Shown here: positions 1 through 9,584 of the stretch, piece by piece
Layout of the letters: each line of letters opens with the position of its first letter
How positions within the stretch are numbered: position 1 is the stretch's first letter
Assembly: GCA_028749205.1 (NCBI GenBank)
Contig: JAQULR010000002.1
Span: 59,644-123,643 of the forward strand
DNA: 64,000 nucleotides
Origin: Acidobacteriota bacterium
Lineage (GTDB): Bacteria > Acidobacteriota > Aminicenantia > Aminicenantales > Saccharicenantaceae
Direction of reading: 5' to 3'
Position numbers and translations under genes: made by a program
The notes under the pieces: generated by a model
Told to the model about the DNA's origin: nothing
Database searches by the model: none
What the model saw: the letters and a program-made list of their open reading frames with translations, nothing else

Positions 1-1506
1 TTAATATATGCCCTTGGTGTAGTTCAGCTTTTTGCGGCTTCTAAAGAATTCATAATAAAACTGGGCAAAATCGGTTCCAGCTTTGTCAGATTGGGAGCCA
101 ACAAAGAGGCTCCTGCTATTGGGACTGGTGGCCTGGTTAGTGTCTCCGGGCCTGGAATTTTCCCGGCCTATATCGGAGTTGGCTATATCATCGGTCCTCG
201 GTTGGCTTCCCTGAACTTTGCTGGTGGTGTTCTGGCCTGGGGTCTTTTTGCCCCCCTGTTGATGTATTTTCTCGGGCCTCATCTGGCCGAGCAATTTTAT
301 GGACCGGCAGTGGCTATGTCTCAAGTACCATGGTCAGACCTGGTAATCGACGTTTGGAAATTCATAATCCGGCCGATTGCCGTCGGGGGGATGTTAGTGG
401 GAGCCGGATATACCCTTTTTAAGATGAGGAGAAACCTGTCAGAAGGCATTAAAAGATCCATAAGTGATGTTAAGAAGGCCGCTGGGCAAGCAGAAGCTAC
501 TTCTAGACTTGAAAAAGATCTGAATCCCAGGTTGGTTTTGATTCTGATGGTTATTACAGTAATCCTAATGGTTTTTGTCTACAGGATTTTTACTGGGAGC
601 TATCCACCAGCGATTCTGGCCGCTGTAGTCATGGCCCTGGCCGGTTTCTTTTTTGCTGCTGTTTCAGGCAATCTTGTTGGGACTATAGGTTCTTCCAACA
701 ATCCAATTTCTGGCTTGACATTATCTACCTTGATCATTGCCGGCCTGCTGATGGTTTTAATCGGCGCCAGGGGCACCAGTGGAATTATCGCTGTCCTGGG
801 GGTGGCTTCGGTTGTCTGTGTTTCTTCAGCAGTGGCTGGAGAGATGCTTCAAGATCTTAAAGTCGGTCATATCCTTGGAGGAACCCCCTGGAAGATGCAG
901 GTAGGTGATATTTTAGGGGTTATGGTAGCCTCGTTACTTCTCTATTTTCCTTTAATGATTCTACATGGAGCCTTTACCTTTGGCAGCAAGGAGTTGCCAG
1001 CTCCCCAGGCTGGACTAATGGCCGCTATTACCCAAGGCATAGTCGGTGGAGAAATGGCCTGGCCACTGGTTATAGTTGGAATGCTGATGGGTTTTGCCCT
1101 GATTCTGGTTCGTGTTAGTTCTCCTATGCTGGTGGCTGTGGGCATGTATCTCCCTCTGGAAACTACCTTTGCTATTTTCATGGGTGGAATGATGAAAGGC
1201 CTGCTGGAACGGGCTTCAACCAGGCGACAGCTTAATCCTGCTCAGAAAGCCAGGGTGGAGAATGTGGGTATACTGTTAGCAGCTGGTTTAATTGCCGGAG
1301 AGGCTCTAACCGGCTTGATCCGGGCAGCCTGGAAGTTCTTCTTCTTACAAAATATCGTCAGTAAAGATATTCCTATAATCTTTAAGCACCCAAGTTACCT
1401 GGCAGGTCTGGTAGTTTTAGCCCTAATAGCCTTTTATCTGATATCGGTACCCTTAAAAAATGCCGGAGCTGCCGATGAGCCCCCGCCACCATCAGCAGTT
1501 ATTTAG
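1..1506 (+). CDS. OPT/YSL-family oligopeptide transporter (5'-truncated by window edge)
   Basis: Frame open from base 1; very hydrophobic; OPT motifs GSSNNPISG, MLQDLKVGHILGGTPWKMQ, LPAPQA, GLIAGEAL. Confidence 0.9.
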   Translation, partial: LIYALGVVQLFAASKEFIIKLGKIGSSFVRLGANKEAPAIGTGGLVSVSGPGIFPAYIGVGYIIGPRLASLNFAGGVLAWGLFAPLLMYFLGPHLAEQFYGPAVAMSQVPWSDLVIDVWKFIIRPIAVGGMLVGAGYTLFKMRRNLSEGIKRSISDVKKAAGQAEATSRLEKDLNPRLVLILMVITVILMVFVYRIFTGSYPPAILAAVVMALAGFFFAAVSGNLVGTIGSSNNPISGLTLSTLIIAGLLMVLIGARGTSGIIAVLGVASVVCVSSAVAGEMLQDLKVGHILGGTPWKMQVGDILGVMVASLLLYFPLMILHGAFTFGSKELPAPQAGLMAAITQGIVGGEMAWPLVIVGMLMGFALILVRVSSPMLVAVGMYLPLETTFAIFMGGMMKGLLERASTRRQLNPAQKARVENVGILLAAGLIAGEALTGLIRAAWKFFFLQNIVSKDIPIIFKHPSYLAGLVVLALIAFYLISVPLKNAGAADEPPPPSAVI

Positions 1507-1533
1507 GCCGAATTATTCAGAACAGTTTTTTAT

Positions 1534-1604
1534 GATTTTCCTCAAGAATAATCTATCCTGTTATAAAGATAGTAGGTTAAGCTGGTATTAAAGAATTATC
1601 CAGG
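1534..1604 (-). repeat. Dispersed 73-bp element, decayed full-length copy A
   Basis: Reverse complement cctggataattctttaataccag-24 nt-gatagattattcttgaggaaaatc; same 24-nt spacing as other copies. Confidence 0.75.
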
Positions 1605-1641
1605 GCTGCTTGATATCTGAGTTTTCATAGGTGTCATTGTG

Positions 1642-1670
1642 TTGTTTTTAGCCGCTTTTTAAATTAAAAT
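1642..1670 (+). promoter_or_regulatory. Putative sigma70 promoter of def (leaderless geometry)
   Basis: TTGTTT-N17-TAAAAT, 6 nt before ATG 1677, no SD. Confidence 0.5.
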
Positions 1671-1676
1671 AAATGC

Positions 1677-2192
1677 ATGGCAGTACTCGAAATAATAAAA
1701 ATAGGACATCCTGTTCTATCGGTACCAGCCAAGCCTGTGGTGAACATAGATCAAACAATAGTGGAGTTGGCCAGCAACATGGTTAACACCATGCACCAGG
1801 CTCCAGGTATTGGCCTGGCTGCTCCCCAAGTTAATGTCAGCCTCAGGCTGATTACCGTGGATCTATCTGTTGGTGAAAATAAAGATGAGCTTATTGTAAT
1901 GGTGAACCCTGAAATAATTGAGCAAGAAGGAGAACAAAAGGCCGAAGAAGGCTGCCTGTCAGTTCCCGGTATTTATGAAAAAGTGTTAAGACCGGCCCGG
2001 CTGGCTGTTAAGGGCTATAATCTTGATGGTCAGGAGGTCTTGATAGAAGCCCAGGATATTCTGGCTAGAGTTCTTTCTCATGAAATTGATCACCTCCAGG
2101 GCAAACTTTTTGTGGACCGGCTTTCTCCGTTAAAAAGGGAGATGATAAAGAAGCGCCTTAAAAAAGAGCTAGCCAAAGGAACAAATATATGA
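1677..2192 (+). CDS. def: Peptide deformylase
   Basis: GIGLAAPQ, EGCLS, HEIDH motifs; overlaps fmt. Confidence 0.97.
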   Translation: MAVLEIIKIGHPVLSVPAKPVVNIDQTIVELASNMVNTMHQAPGIGLAAPQVNVSLRLITVDLSVGENKDELIVMVNPEIIEQEGEQKAEEGCLSVPGIYEKVLRPARLAVKGYNLDGQEVLIEAQDILARVLSHEIDHLQGKLFVDRLSPLKREMIKKRLKKELAKGTNI

Positions 2193-3121
2193 GAATTGTC
2201 TTCTTTGGCAGCCCCTCTATTGCTCTTCCCGTTCTTAGCAACCTTCTAACAGCCGGACATGAAATAAAGCTGGTAGTTTGCCAGCCCGATAAAGCCGCCG
2301 GGCGGGGGAAAAAACTAACTCCTCCAGCCGTGAAAACCTTTGCTCAAGATCATAACCTACCCTGCCTTCAGCCCGAAAAAATCAGACAAGACCAGCAGAT
2401 CTTAGAACAGATTAAAGAAGTCAAGCCAGAGCTTATTGTCGTTGTGGCATATGGCCAGATTATCCCTGCTCCCATTATTAACTTACCACTTTATAAATCG
2501 CTTAATGTCCATTTTTCTCTACTGCCAAGGTACCGAGGGGCAGCCCCGGTTCAGTGGGCGATTTTAAACGGCGAAAGATTTACCGGAGTTACTATCTTTC
2601 AACTGAATGAAAAGATGGATGAAGGGCCAATTCTTAGCCAGGAAATCGTAGAAATATTACCCAGAGAAAATGCCCATGAGCTGGAAATCAGGTTATCACA
2701 TGTCGGAGCTAAACTTCTGGTTAAAACGATAGAAAACCTAAAAAATATTGAACCAAAGGAACAGGACCATTCCCGAGCTTCCTATGCTCCCAAATTAACC
2801 AAAGAACAGGGACAGATTAACTGGCAGGAACCGGCTGAAATAATTGATCGGAAAGTTAGAGCTTTTTTCTCCTGGCCAGGAGCTTATACTTTTTTTAATG
2901 GAAAGAAAATTGAGATAATTTCTGGCTTGGCAACTCAGGGAATTATTCCTGGAGCCAGCCCGGGTGAAATCGTCCAGATCGATAAATCAGGCCTTTATGT
3001 GTGCTGCGGCCAGAGAAGCTTTTATTTGATTGAAAAAGTTAAGCCAGAAGCCAAGAAGGAAATGTCAGCTTATTCCTTTTCACTGGGGGCTAAAATCAAA
3101 CTGGGTTCCAGAATGGGCTGA
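2189..3121 (+). CDS. fmt: Methionyl-tRNA formyltransferase
   Basis: QPDKAAGRG, VVAYGQI, NVHFSLLPRYRGAAP, MDEGP; follows def. Confidence 0.97.
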   Translation: MRIVFFGSPSIALPVLSNLLTAGHEIKLVVCQPDKAAGRGKKLTPPAVKTFAQDHNLPCLQPEKIRQDQQILEQIKEVKPELIVVVAYGQIIPAPIINLPLYKSLNVHFSLLPRYRGAAPVQWAILNGERFTGVTIFQLNEKMDEGPILSQEIVEILPRENAHELEIRLSHVGAKLLVKTIENLKNIEPKEQDHSRASYAPKLTKEQGQINWQEPAEIIDRKVRAFFSWPGAYTFFNGKKIEIISGLATQGIIPGASPGEIVQIDKSGLYVCCGQRSFYLIEKVKPEAKKEMSAYSFSLGAKIKLGSRMG

Positions 3122-3139
3122 TTTCATCTAAGGTAGGCT

Positions 3140-4024
3140 CTATTCTTCAATGATATAGTGAATTGGATTAATAGCTTTGCCATTCAAATGAACTTCATAA
3201 TGAAGATGAGGGCCAAGAGCTTTGCCTGTCTTGCCGACATAACCGATAACCTGTCCTCTTTCGATCTTCTGCCCTGATTTAACAGCATATTTATTAAGAT
3301 GCCAGTAATGAGTAGAAAAACCATTGCCATGGCTGATGGAAACAAAATTGCCCTTGTATTTATCAAATCCTACTTGAACCACTACCCCATTAGCTGTGGC
3401 TACGACCGGATTATTCAGATTAGTAGCTATATCCAGGCCAGAGTGGAAGGCATTCCTTCCGGTATAGGGATCAATCCTGGGCCCAAAGGTAGATGATACC
3501 CAACCCATGGTTGGCCAGATGGTCGGGGTGGTAGCTAAAGTTGTACTTTGATTCTCGAAAAAATGCAGCATATAACTAAGATTCTTTTCAACCGCTTCAG
3601 CCCTCTGTTTTATAGTCTGAATAGCTCCCCGTTCCAGGTTCCTTCTTTGGGGGCTAAGGTCAATTCTCTCCCCCCCACCAAGACCAGGTTCACCTTTCAG
3701 ATTATCTGGTGATTGCACACCGGCCAGAATATTAATCTTTCGAGCATATTCTTCAAAGCTACTGATTCTTTCCTTCATCTGAGCGATAGTATTTTCATAG
3801 GTGATAATCATTTCCTTCTGAGCAGCTACCTCCTGTTGCAGTTCATGATAATCGGCCTTGGTCATAGTCATAGAGAAATAATCTATCAAGAAAAATATAA
3901 AGAAAATAGTAAAAGCTACTCCCGTCCCGATAATCAACCCGACTGCTCTTTTAGGCAAATTTATTGTCCGGAAGCTGGTTTTCCAATTAGGAACTATAAC
4001 AATTGATATAAATTTTTTAGCCAT
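3140..4024 (-). CDS. M23 family peptidoglycan endopeptidase with N-terminal TM and coiled coil
   Basis: HSGLD (HxxxD) and GPHLHYEV (HxH) motifs. Confidence 0.9.
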   Translation of the reverse strand: MAKKFISIVIVPNWKTSFRTINLPKRAVGLIIGTGVAFTIFFIFFLIDYFSMTMTKADYHELQQEVAAQKEMIITYENTIAQMKERISSFEEYARKINILAGVQSPDNLKGEPGLGGGERIDLSPQRRNLERGAIQTIKQRAEAVEKNLSYMLHFFENQSTTLATTPTIWPTMGWVSSTFGPRIDPYTGRNAFHSGLDIATNLNNPVVATANGVVVQVGFDKYKGNFVSISHGNGFSTHYWHLNKYAVKSGQKIERGQVIGYVGKTGKALGPHLHYEVHLNGKAINPIHYIIEE

Positions 4025-4127
4025 CTTTTTTCCTTTTTAATAGCATAGGATAGATCTTTTTGTCAAGCCTCATGGCAAATTCTACTCATTATACTATTGT
4101 CCAGCCTAAATTTGACTATTTCTATTA

Positions 4128-4385
4128 TTATTCAATTACCTTAAAAATTACATCGTGTTCTCTGACAGGCATATCAACCTTGAAAGCAACCTCCTCACCA
4201 TCTATAGCTTCTTCCACCGGTCTGTGTTCTATCTGCATGGATTCAATCTTCTGAAAGAAATCTGTGCTGTGCCCCTTGATATGGATCATATCGCCAATTT
4301 TTAGACCTCTACCGGTAATCTTGGCTACTCCAACCTGAATCCTGGAAAAATAATGAGTTATCCGGCCGACTTCAACCTCCTCCAT
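4128..4385 (-). CDS. Small translation-factor domain II-like / U32 peptidase C-terminal-like beta-barrel protein
   Basis: VGRITHYFSRIQVG...LKIGDMIHIKGHSTDF pattern; GGAGG RBS upstream. Confidence 0.7.
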   Translation of the reverse strand: MEEVEVGRITHYFSRIQVGVAKITGRGLKIGDMIHIKGHSTDFFQKIESMQIEHRPVEEAIDGEEVAFKVDMPVREHDVIFKVIE

Positions 4386-4449
4386 TTTTAACCCTCCTTA
4401 TAAATTTTTCTACAAGATAACAAAAAAATTGAATTTCATCAAACTTTTT

Positions 4450-5247
4450 TTATCCTCCACAGAGAACTGAACCTCCGTTGACATTCAGAATTTCCCCGGT
4501 TATATGGACTGCCAGGTCTGATACCAGGAAAAGGATAGGTCCGGCAATATCCTCAGGCGCTGGTATTCTCTTAAGAGGAATTGATTGCCTAACCTTTTCT
4601 TTGTAAGCAGAATCGCTGAACACTTCCGTACACATATCTGTATCTGCCCAACCTGGAGCTACACAATTAACCCTGATATTGTCTGGAGCTAATTCCACCG
4701 CCAAAGATTTGGTTAGAGAAACTAAGGCCCCTTTACTAGCCGCATAATGAGAATGAAAAGCCTCTCCTCTGACAGCTGCTGTCGAAGCCACGTTGACAAT
4801 CCAGCCTTGTTGGTTTACCTTCATCAGCTGAACTGCGGCATTGGTTACATAATAAACTCCATCCAGGTTAACTGCCATGGTCTCCCGCCAGACTTCTTCT
4901 GGCATATTTCCCATTGCTCCATAGGTCCAAATCCCAGCATTGTTGACCAGGATATCTAGCTGGTTCCAGCGGTTAGCGATTTCATTGACCATCTTCTCAA
5001 CTTGATCTCGCTTAGAAATATCAGCTTGACACAGGAGGCCGTCGCGGCCGAATCCTTCCACTACTTTTTTTACTTCCTGAGCTGCTGGGGAGTTGTCTTT
5101 ATAATGAATAGCAACATCGGCCCCAGCCTCTGCCAGAAGAATAGAAGTGGCCCGACCTATTCCTCTGGCACCACCAGTTATCAAGGCCTTTTTTCCTTCT
5201 AGCTTAATCATCACGCCAGAATGCCTCATCATATCCCTCTCAGACAT
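4450..5247 (-). CDS. SDR family oxidoreductase (FabG-like); exact start uncertain
   Basis: TGGARGIG, NNAG, YAASK motifs; abuts acnB stop. Confidence 0.9.
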   Translation of the reverse strand: MSERDMMRHSGVMIKLEGKKALITGGARGIGRATSILLAEAGADVAIHYKDNSPAAQEVKKVVEGFGRDGLLCQADISKRDQVEKMVNEIANRWNQLDILVNNAGIWTYGAMGNMPEEVWRETMAVNLDGVYYVTNAAVQLMKVNQQGWIVNVASTAAVRGEAFHSHYAASKGALVSLTKSLAVELAPDNIRVNCVAPGWADTDMCTEVFSDSAYKEKVRQSIPLKRIPAPEDIAGPILFLVSDLAVHITGEILNVNGGSVLCGG

Positions 5248-7780
5248 AGCTTAAGTTGAAATCTCCCATTTTATGAAATTCAAGATAACGATAAATCTGT
5301 TCAGCCTGGGGTATTACAGTCTCTTGCATTACCTTAAAGTACTTGTCGGCTGAAGGCAGTTGACCATTGACTGCAGCTACTGCTGCTAATTCAGCCGAGC
5401 TTAGATAAACTCTGGCTCCATCACCCATCCGATTGTCAAAATTCCGGGTTGAAGTGGAAATCACTGTAGCTCCAGGCTTAACCCTGGCCTGGTTTCCCAT
5501 GCATAACGAGCAACCCGGTATTTCCACCCTGGCTCCAACCTGGGCAAAGGCCGCAAACAAACCTTCCCTTTTCAGCTGGTTGTAATCCATTTTGGTAGGT
5601 GGAGTAAGCCAGATGCGGGTAGATGGATAACAGGATTTCTCAAAGATTTTGGCGGCGGCTCTGAAATGCCCAATATTGGTCATACAAGAACCGATAAAAA
5701 CTTCATCAATCTTATCTCCAGCCACCCCTGATAACAATCTGACGTCATCCGGATCATTGGGGCAGGCCAGAATAGGTTCTTTAATCTGGCCAAGGTCAAT
5801 ATCTATAACCGCAGCATATTCGGCCTTAGTATCCCTTTTTAGAAGGACGGGATTTTTTATCCAGCTTTCACAAGCCTGGATTCTTTTTTCTAAGCTATCT
5901 GAATCCTGGTAACCCTCTTCTATCATTTTTTTCATTAAGGCCACGTTGCTTTTCAGATATTCCACCACTTTTTCTTCATCTAAAGCAATGACACAGGCGG
6001 CGGCTGACCTTTCGGCCGAGGCATCTGTCAGTTCATAAGCCTGCTCTACAGTCAGGCCTTCCAAGCCCTCAATTTCCAGAATGCGTCCGTTAAAAATATT
6101 CTTCTTTCCCTTTTTAGCTACGGTCAACAGACTCTGCTTGATGGCAAAATAGGGAATAGCATTGACCACGTCCCTTAAAGTTATCCCGGATTTCAACTGT
6201 CCATAAAATCTAACCAAAACTGATTCCGGCATATCTAAAGGCATAAAACCAAGAGCTCCAGCAAAGGCTACCAGCCCTGAACCAGCTGGAAAACTAATAC
6301 CAACTGGAAACCTGGTATGAGAATCTCCACCTGTCCCCACAGTATCAGGCAGAATCAAGCGGTTCAACCAAGAATGAATAACGCCATCTCCGGGTTTGAG
6401 GGCCAGTCCTTTTCTTTCTATAACAAAACTAGCTAAGTCCTGATGCATTTTTACGTCAGTTGGCTTGGGATAGGCAGCAGTATGGCAGAAAGACTGCATG
6501 AACAATTCTGTTTGAAACTCCAAACAGGCAAGCTCCTTAAGTTCATCAGCAGTCATTGGCCCAGTGGTATCCTGCGAACCAACTGTAGTCATTTTTGGTT
6601 CACAGGCCGTGCCAGGTAATATCCCGGGCTGACCACAGGCTTGGCCCAATATTTTCTGAGCCAGAGTAAATCCCTGACCTGGTTTAGGTTCAGGATTTTG
6701 AATCTTAAGAAAAAAGTCAGCCTCTGGCCAACCGAGCTCTTTTCTAGCCCGAGCAGTTAACTGGCGGCCGATTATAAGATTCAGCCGGCCTCCTGCCCTA
6801 AATTCATCTATTATCGTGGCCGGTTTCCAGTCAAATTTAGCTAGTACCTGTCCGTTTTCATCCGTAATGATTCCTTGTCTGGTTTTTATTATTATGACAT
6901 CTCCGGTCTTGAGCTGGCTGACGTCTGCTTGAATAGGCAGCCCTCCAGAGTCCTCGGTTGTATTAAAGAAAATTGGGGCGATTAGCCCACCAATGACTAT
7001 TCCTCCACGTCTTTTGTTAGGTATATAAGGAATGTCTTCACCTATATGCCACATTAGAGAATTACAGGCTGATTTCCTAGAGGAGCCGGTGCCAATTACA
7101 TCTCCAACAAAAGCCACCTTGTAGCCTTCTTCTCTAAATTTTCTTATCACCTCTAAGCCACCAGGAAATCGAGTCTCACCCATACTCAAAGCATGAAGCG
7201 GGATATCAGGGCGGCTCCAGGCATATTTAGCCGGAGATAAGTCATCAGTATTTATTTCTCCGTCAACCTTATAAACCTTAAGCACCAATTCCTCAGGAAG
7301 TTCTGGCCGGGATAGAAACCATTCTCCTTTTGCCCATGATGTCAATACTTCCTTGGCATATTTATTGGTTTTGGAGAGAGCAACGATTTTATCATAAGCA
7401 TTGTAAACAAGTATTATGTACTTTAGGGCATCTGCAGCCAGCTGGGCCAAAGAATCAATCTCCAGCATATTTATAAGAGGGTCCACATTATAGCCGCCCA
7501 CCATAGTGCCTAAAAGGATTACGGCTCTTTCAGGGTTGACCAGGGGAGATTTTTTCCTACCAAGAGCCACTTGGCTTAGCCAACCCGCCTTAACTCTGGC
7601 GGCTTGGTCTACCCCGGGAGGGACTCTCTGCTCTAAAAGATACAAGAGCTCCTGTTCCTTTCCAGAAGGTGGATTTTCCAGAAGCTGACATAACTCTTGA
7701 GTTTCTTGAACCGTCAGAGGAGCGGGGGGAATACCCTGAGTTTCTCTTTCCTTAGCTTTCTGATAATAACTTTCCAGCAT
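5240..7780 (-). CDS. acnB: Aconitate hydratase B (bifunctional aconitase/2-methylisocitrate dehydratase)
   Basis: 846 aa; N-terminal HEAT-like domain (RVPPGVD, LLGTMVGGYN), NTDDLSP, GTGSSRKSA, SQDTTGPMT, QSFCHTAAYP, GSCMTNIGH, GCSLCMGNQ. Confidence 0.95.
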   Translation of the reverse strand: MLESYYQKAKERETQGIPPAPLTVQETQELCQLLENPPSGKEQELLYLLEQRVPPGVDQAARVKAGWLSQVALGRKKSPLVNPERAVILLGTMVGGYNVDPLINMLEIDSLAQLAADALKYIILVYNAYDKIVALSKTNKYAKEVLTSWAKGEWFLSRPELPEELVLKVYKVDGEINTDDLSPAKYAWSRPDIPLHALSMGETRFPGGLEVIRKFREEGYKVAFVGDVIGTGSSRKSACNSLMWHIGEDIPYIPNKRRGGIVIGGLIAPIFFNTTEDSGGLPIQADVSQLKTGDVIIIKTRQGIITDENGQVLAKFDWKPATIIDEFRAGGRLNLIIGRQLTARARKELGWPEADFFLKIQNPEPKPGQGFTLAQKILGQACGQPGILPGTACEPKMTTVGSQDTTGPMTADELKELACLEFQTELFMQSFCHTAAYPKPTDVKMHQDLASFVIERKGLALKPGDGVIHSWLNRLILPDTVGTGGDSHTRFPVGISFPAGSGLVAFAGALGFMPLDMPESVLVRFYGQLKSGITLRDVVNAIPYFAIKQSLLTVAKKGKKNIFNGRILEIEGLEGLTVEQAYELTDASAERSAAACVIALDEEKVVEYLKSNVALMKKMIEEGYQDSDSLEKRIQACESWIKNPVLLKRDTKAEYAAVIDIDLGQIKEPILACPNDPDDVRLLSGVAGDKIDEVFIGSCMTNIGHFRAAAKIFEKSCYPSTRIWLTPPTKMDYNQLKREGLFAAFAQVGARVEIPGCSLCMGNQARVKPGATVISTSTRNFDNRMGDGARVYLSSAELAAVAAVNGQLPSADKYFKVMQETVIPQAEQIYRYLEFHKMGDFNLSYV

Positions 7781-7828
7781 GTCATAATCTCCTAAAAATT
7801 AAATTAAAAAGTTTATTAAAAAATCTTA

Positions 7829-7901
7829 GCCTGGATTATTTACAAATAATCCAGGCCAGCCTGCTTTATTCCGGACCTGATAGATTATTCCTGGGGAAAT
7901 C
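7829..7901 (+). repeat. Dispersed 73-bp element, best-conserved copy B
   Basis: gcctggattattt-ac-aaataatccaggc (perfect 13-bp IR) + cagcctgctttattcc + ggacct + gatagattattcctggggaaatc. Confidence 0.92.
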
Positions 7902-8002
7902 ATGAACAAAAACCTATCTAAGAAAATCATCTCATGTCCCGATTTCCGCTTCGATTTTCGCTTTCGTATCTCTGATCTTACCATGTCTCGATTTTCTTAT
8001 CT

Positions 8003-8031
8003 TATATAGTTCCAATCCGATAAAAAAGCAA
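8003..8031 (-). promoter_or_regulatory. Putative sigma70 promoter of acnB
   Basis: Minus strand TTGCTT-N17-TATATA. Confidence 0.4.
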
Positions 8032-8137
8032 GCTGGTTTAATATCTTATGGATTCCTCTTTTTTTTGTCAAAAGAAACTGACCGGGCTTTTCTCCTCAAA
8101 AATTCTTTCGAATATCTTTATCCATCCTTTCCCAGAT

Positions 8138-8169
8138 GTAGATTCACCTAATTACTTATAAATACTCTA
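8138..8169 (-). repeat. Dispersed element, decayed partial copy C
   Basis: gtagattcacctaattacttataaatactcta; 18/19 match to attatttataaatactcta in copy P. Confidence 0.5.
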
Positions 8170-8279
8170 TATTTAGAGGTATATCCCTTAAGGAGAAAAA
8201 ACAATTGATTTTATGCCCTGGAAATTATAAAATTAATAACCACAATTTTATCTCAAAAAAATAAAATTCAGGAGGTACC

Positions 8280-9482
8280 ATGGAAAACAAAGCGGCTATC
8301 GACAAAGCAAAGGAGCACTTTGGAAAGTTGCTGGAAGCTCAGCTGGAGCGAGTGGAAAAAATAAAGACCGCTCCAGATTGGATTGATTACAGCCAGCTTT
8401 CACCAATCAAAATTGGGATTCTTCCAGGAGATGGAATTGGCCCATTCATCGCGGCTGAAGCTGAGAGAGTTCTTCGCTTTATGCTTGATGAGGATATCAA
8501 AAGCGGTAAAATTTACCTTAAGACAATTGAAGGTTTGACTATTGAAAACCGGGCTAAGCACAACAAGGCCATCCCAGATGATGTTCTTGAAGAAATTAAA
8601 AAGTATCATGTGACCTTAAAAGGACCGACCACTACCCCCAGAAAAGGTGATCCCTGGCCTAATATCGAAAGCTGCAACGTAGCCATGAGAAAGGAGCTCG
8701 ATCTATTTGCCAACGTTAGGCCAGTCAGGGTACCCAATCAGGGCATTGATTGGATTTTTTTCAGAGAAAATACTGAAGACCTCTATGCCCTTGGCCCTTA
8801 TGGAATTGAAGTCGGGCCCGATATTGCTATTGATTTTAAGCTAATAACCTCTCCCGGCTCCGAACGTATTTGCCGGATGGCCTTGGAATATGCTCGGAAG
8901 AATAATAAGACCAAAGTCACCTGCATAACCAAAGCCAATGTAGTTAAAACCACTGATGGCAAATTTCTGGAAGTCTTTTACAACTTAGCCAAGGAATATC
9001 CTGAGCTTCAGGTAGATGATTGGTACATTGATATCATGACTGCTAAGTTGGTCGATGAAAAGAGGCGGCGCGAATTCCAGGTTATGGTCCTGCCTAATCT
9101 CTATGGTGATATTCTTACTGATGAAGCCGCTGAATTCCAGGGTGGTGTAGGTACAGCCGGTGCGGCTAATATCGGCAAGCAGTACGCCATGTTTGAAGCT
9201 ATTCATGGCTCAGCTCCCAGAATGGTAAAGGAAAACCGGGCTATATATGCAGACCCAGCCAGCATGATCCGGGCTGCAGCTATGCTTATAAACCATATCG
9301 GCTACACTGATAAAGCCAAAAAGTTAGAAATGGCCTTGGATATCTGCGGGCAGTATGAAAAGAAGCTGGTTATCACCGGTCGTCCTAATGGAGCCACTGG
9401 AAAAGCCTTTACGGATTATTTGATTGACTGGCTGAACAATCCTAAACTGCAGGAAACCTGGGAGGGTTATGTTAAGGGGTAA
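8280..9482 (+). CDS. icd: Isocitrate/isopropylmalate dehydrogenase family protein, probably isocitrate dehydrogenase
   Basis: GDGIGP, LKGPTTTP, SCNVAMRK (IDH-type S-x-N), NLYGDILTD, FEAIHGSAP; TCA gene context. Confidence 0.8.
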   Translation: MENKAAIDKAKEHFGKLLEAQLERVEKIKTAPDWIDYSQLSPIKIGILPGDGIGPFIAAEAERVLRFMLDEDIKSGKIYLKTIEGLTIENRAKHNKAIPDDVLEEIKKYHVTLKGPTTTPRKGDPWPNIESCNVAMRKELDLFANVRPVRVPNQGIDWIFFRENTEDLYALGPYGIEVGPDIAIDFKLITSPGSERICRMALEYARKNNKTKVTCITKANVVKTTDGKFLEVFYNLAKEYPELQVDDWYIDIMTAKLVDEKRRREFQVMVLPNLYGDILTDEAAEFQGGVGTAGAANIGKQYAMFEAIHGSAPRMVKENRAIYADPASMIRAAAMLINHIGYTDKAKKLEMALDICGQYEKKLVITGRPNGATGKAFTDYLIDWLNNPKLQETWEGYVKG

Positions 9483-9584
9483 GAAATCTAAATTCTAAGC
9501 TCAAACGCTAAAGTGCTTATTGAGGGTTTAATCCTCAACTAATAAGATTAAATTTGATAAAAATTTTTGAGGAGGAGTTATAAA

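Noticed and set aside
7829..7856. 28-bp 11-6-11 palindrome as a XerCD dif site
   Set aside because: Inner arm sequence (TTAT-N6-ATAA) is the reverse of dif (ATAA-N6-TTAT), there is no TTATGTTAAA XerD arm, and it is multi-copy.
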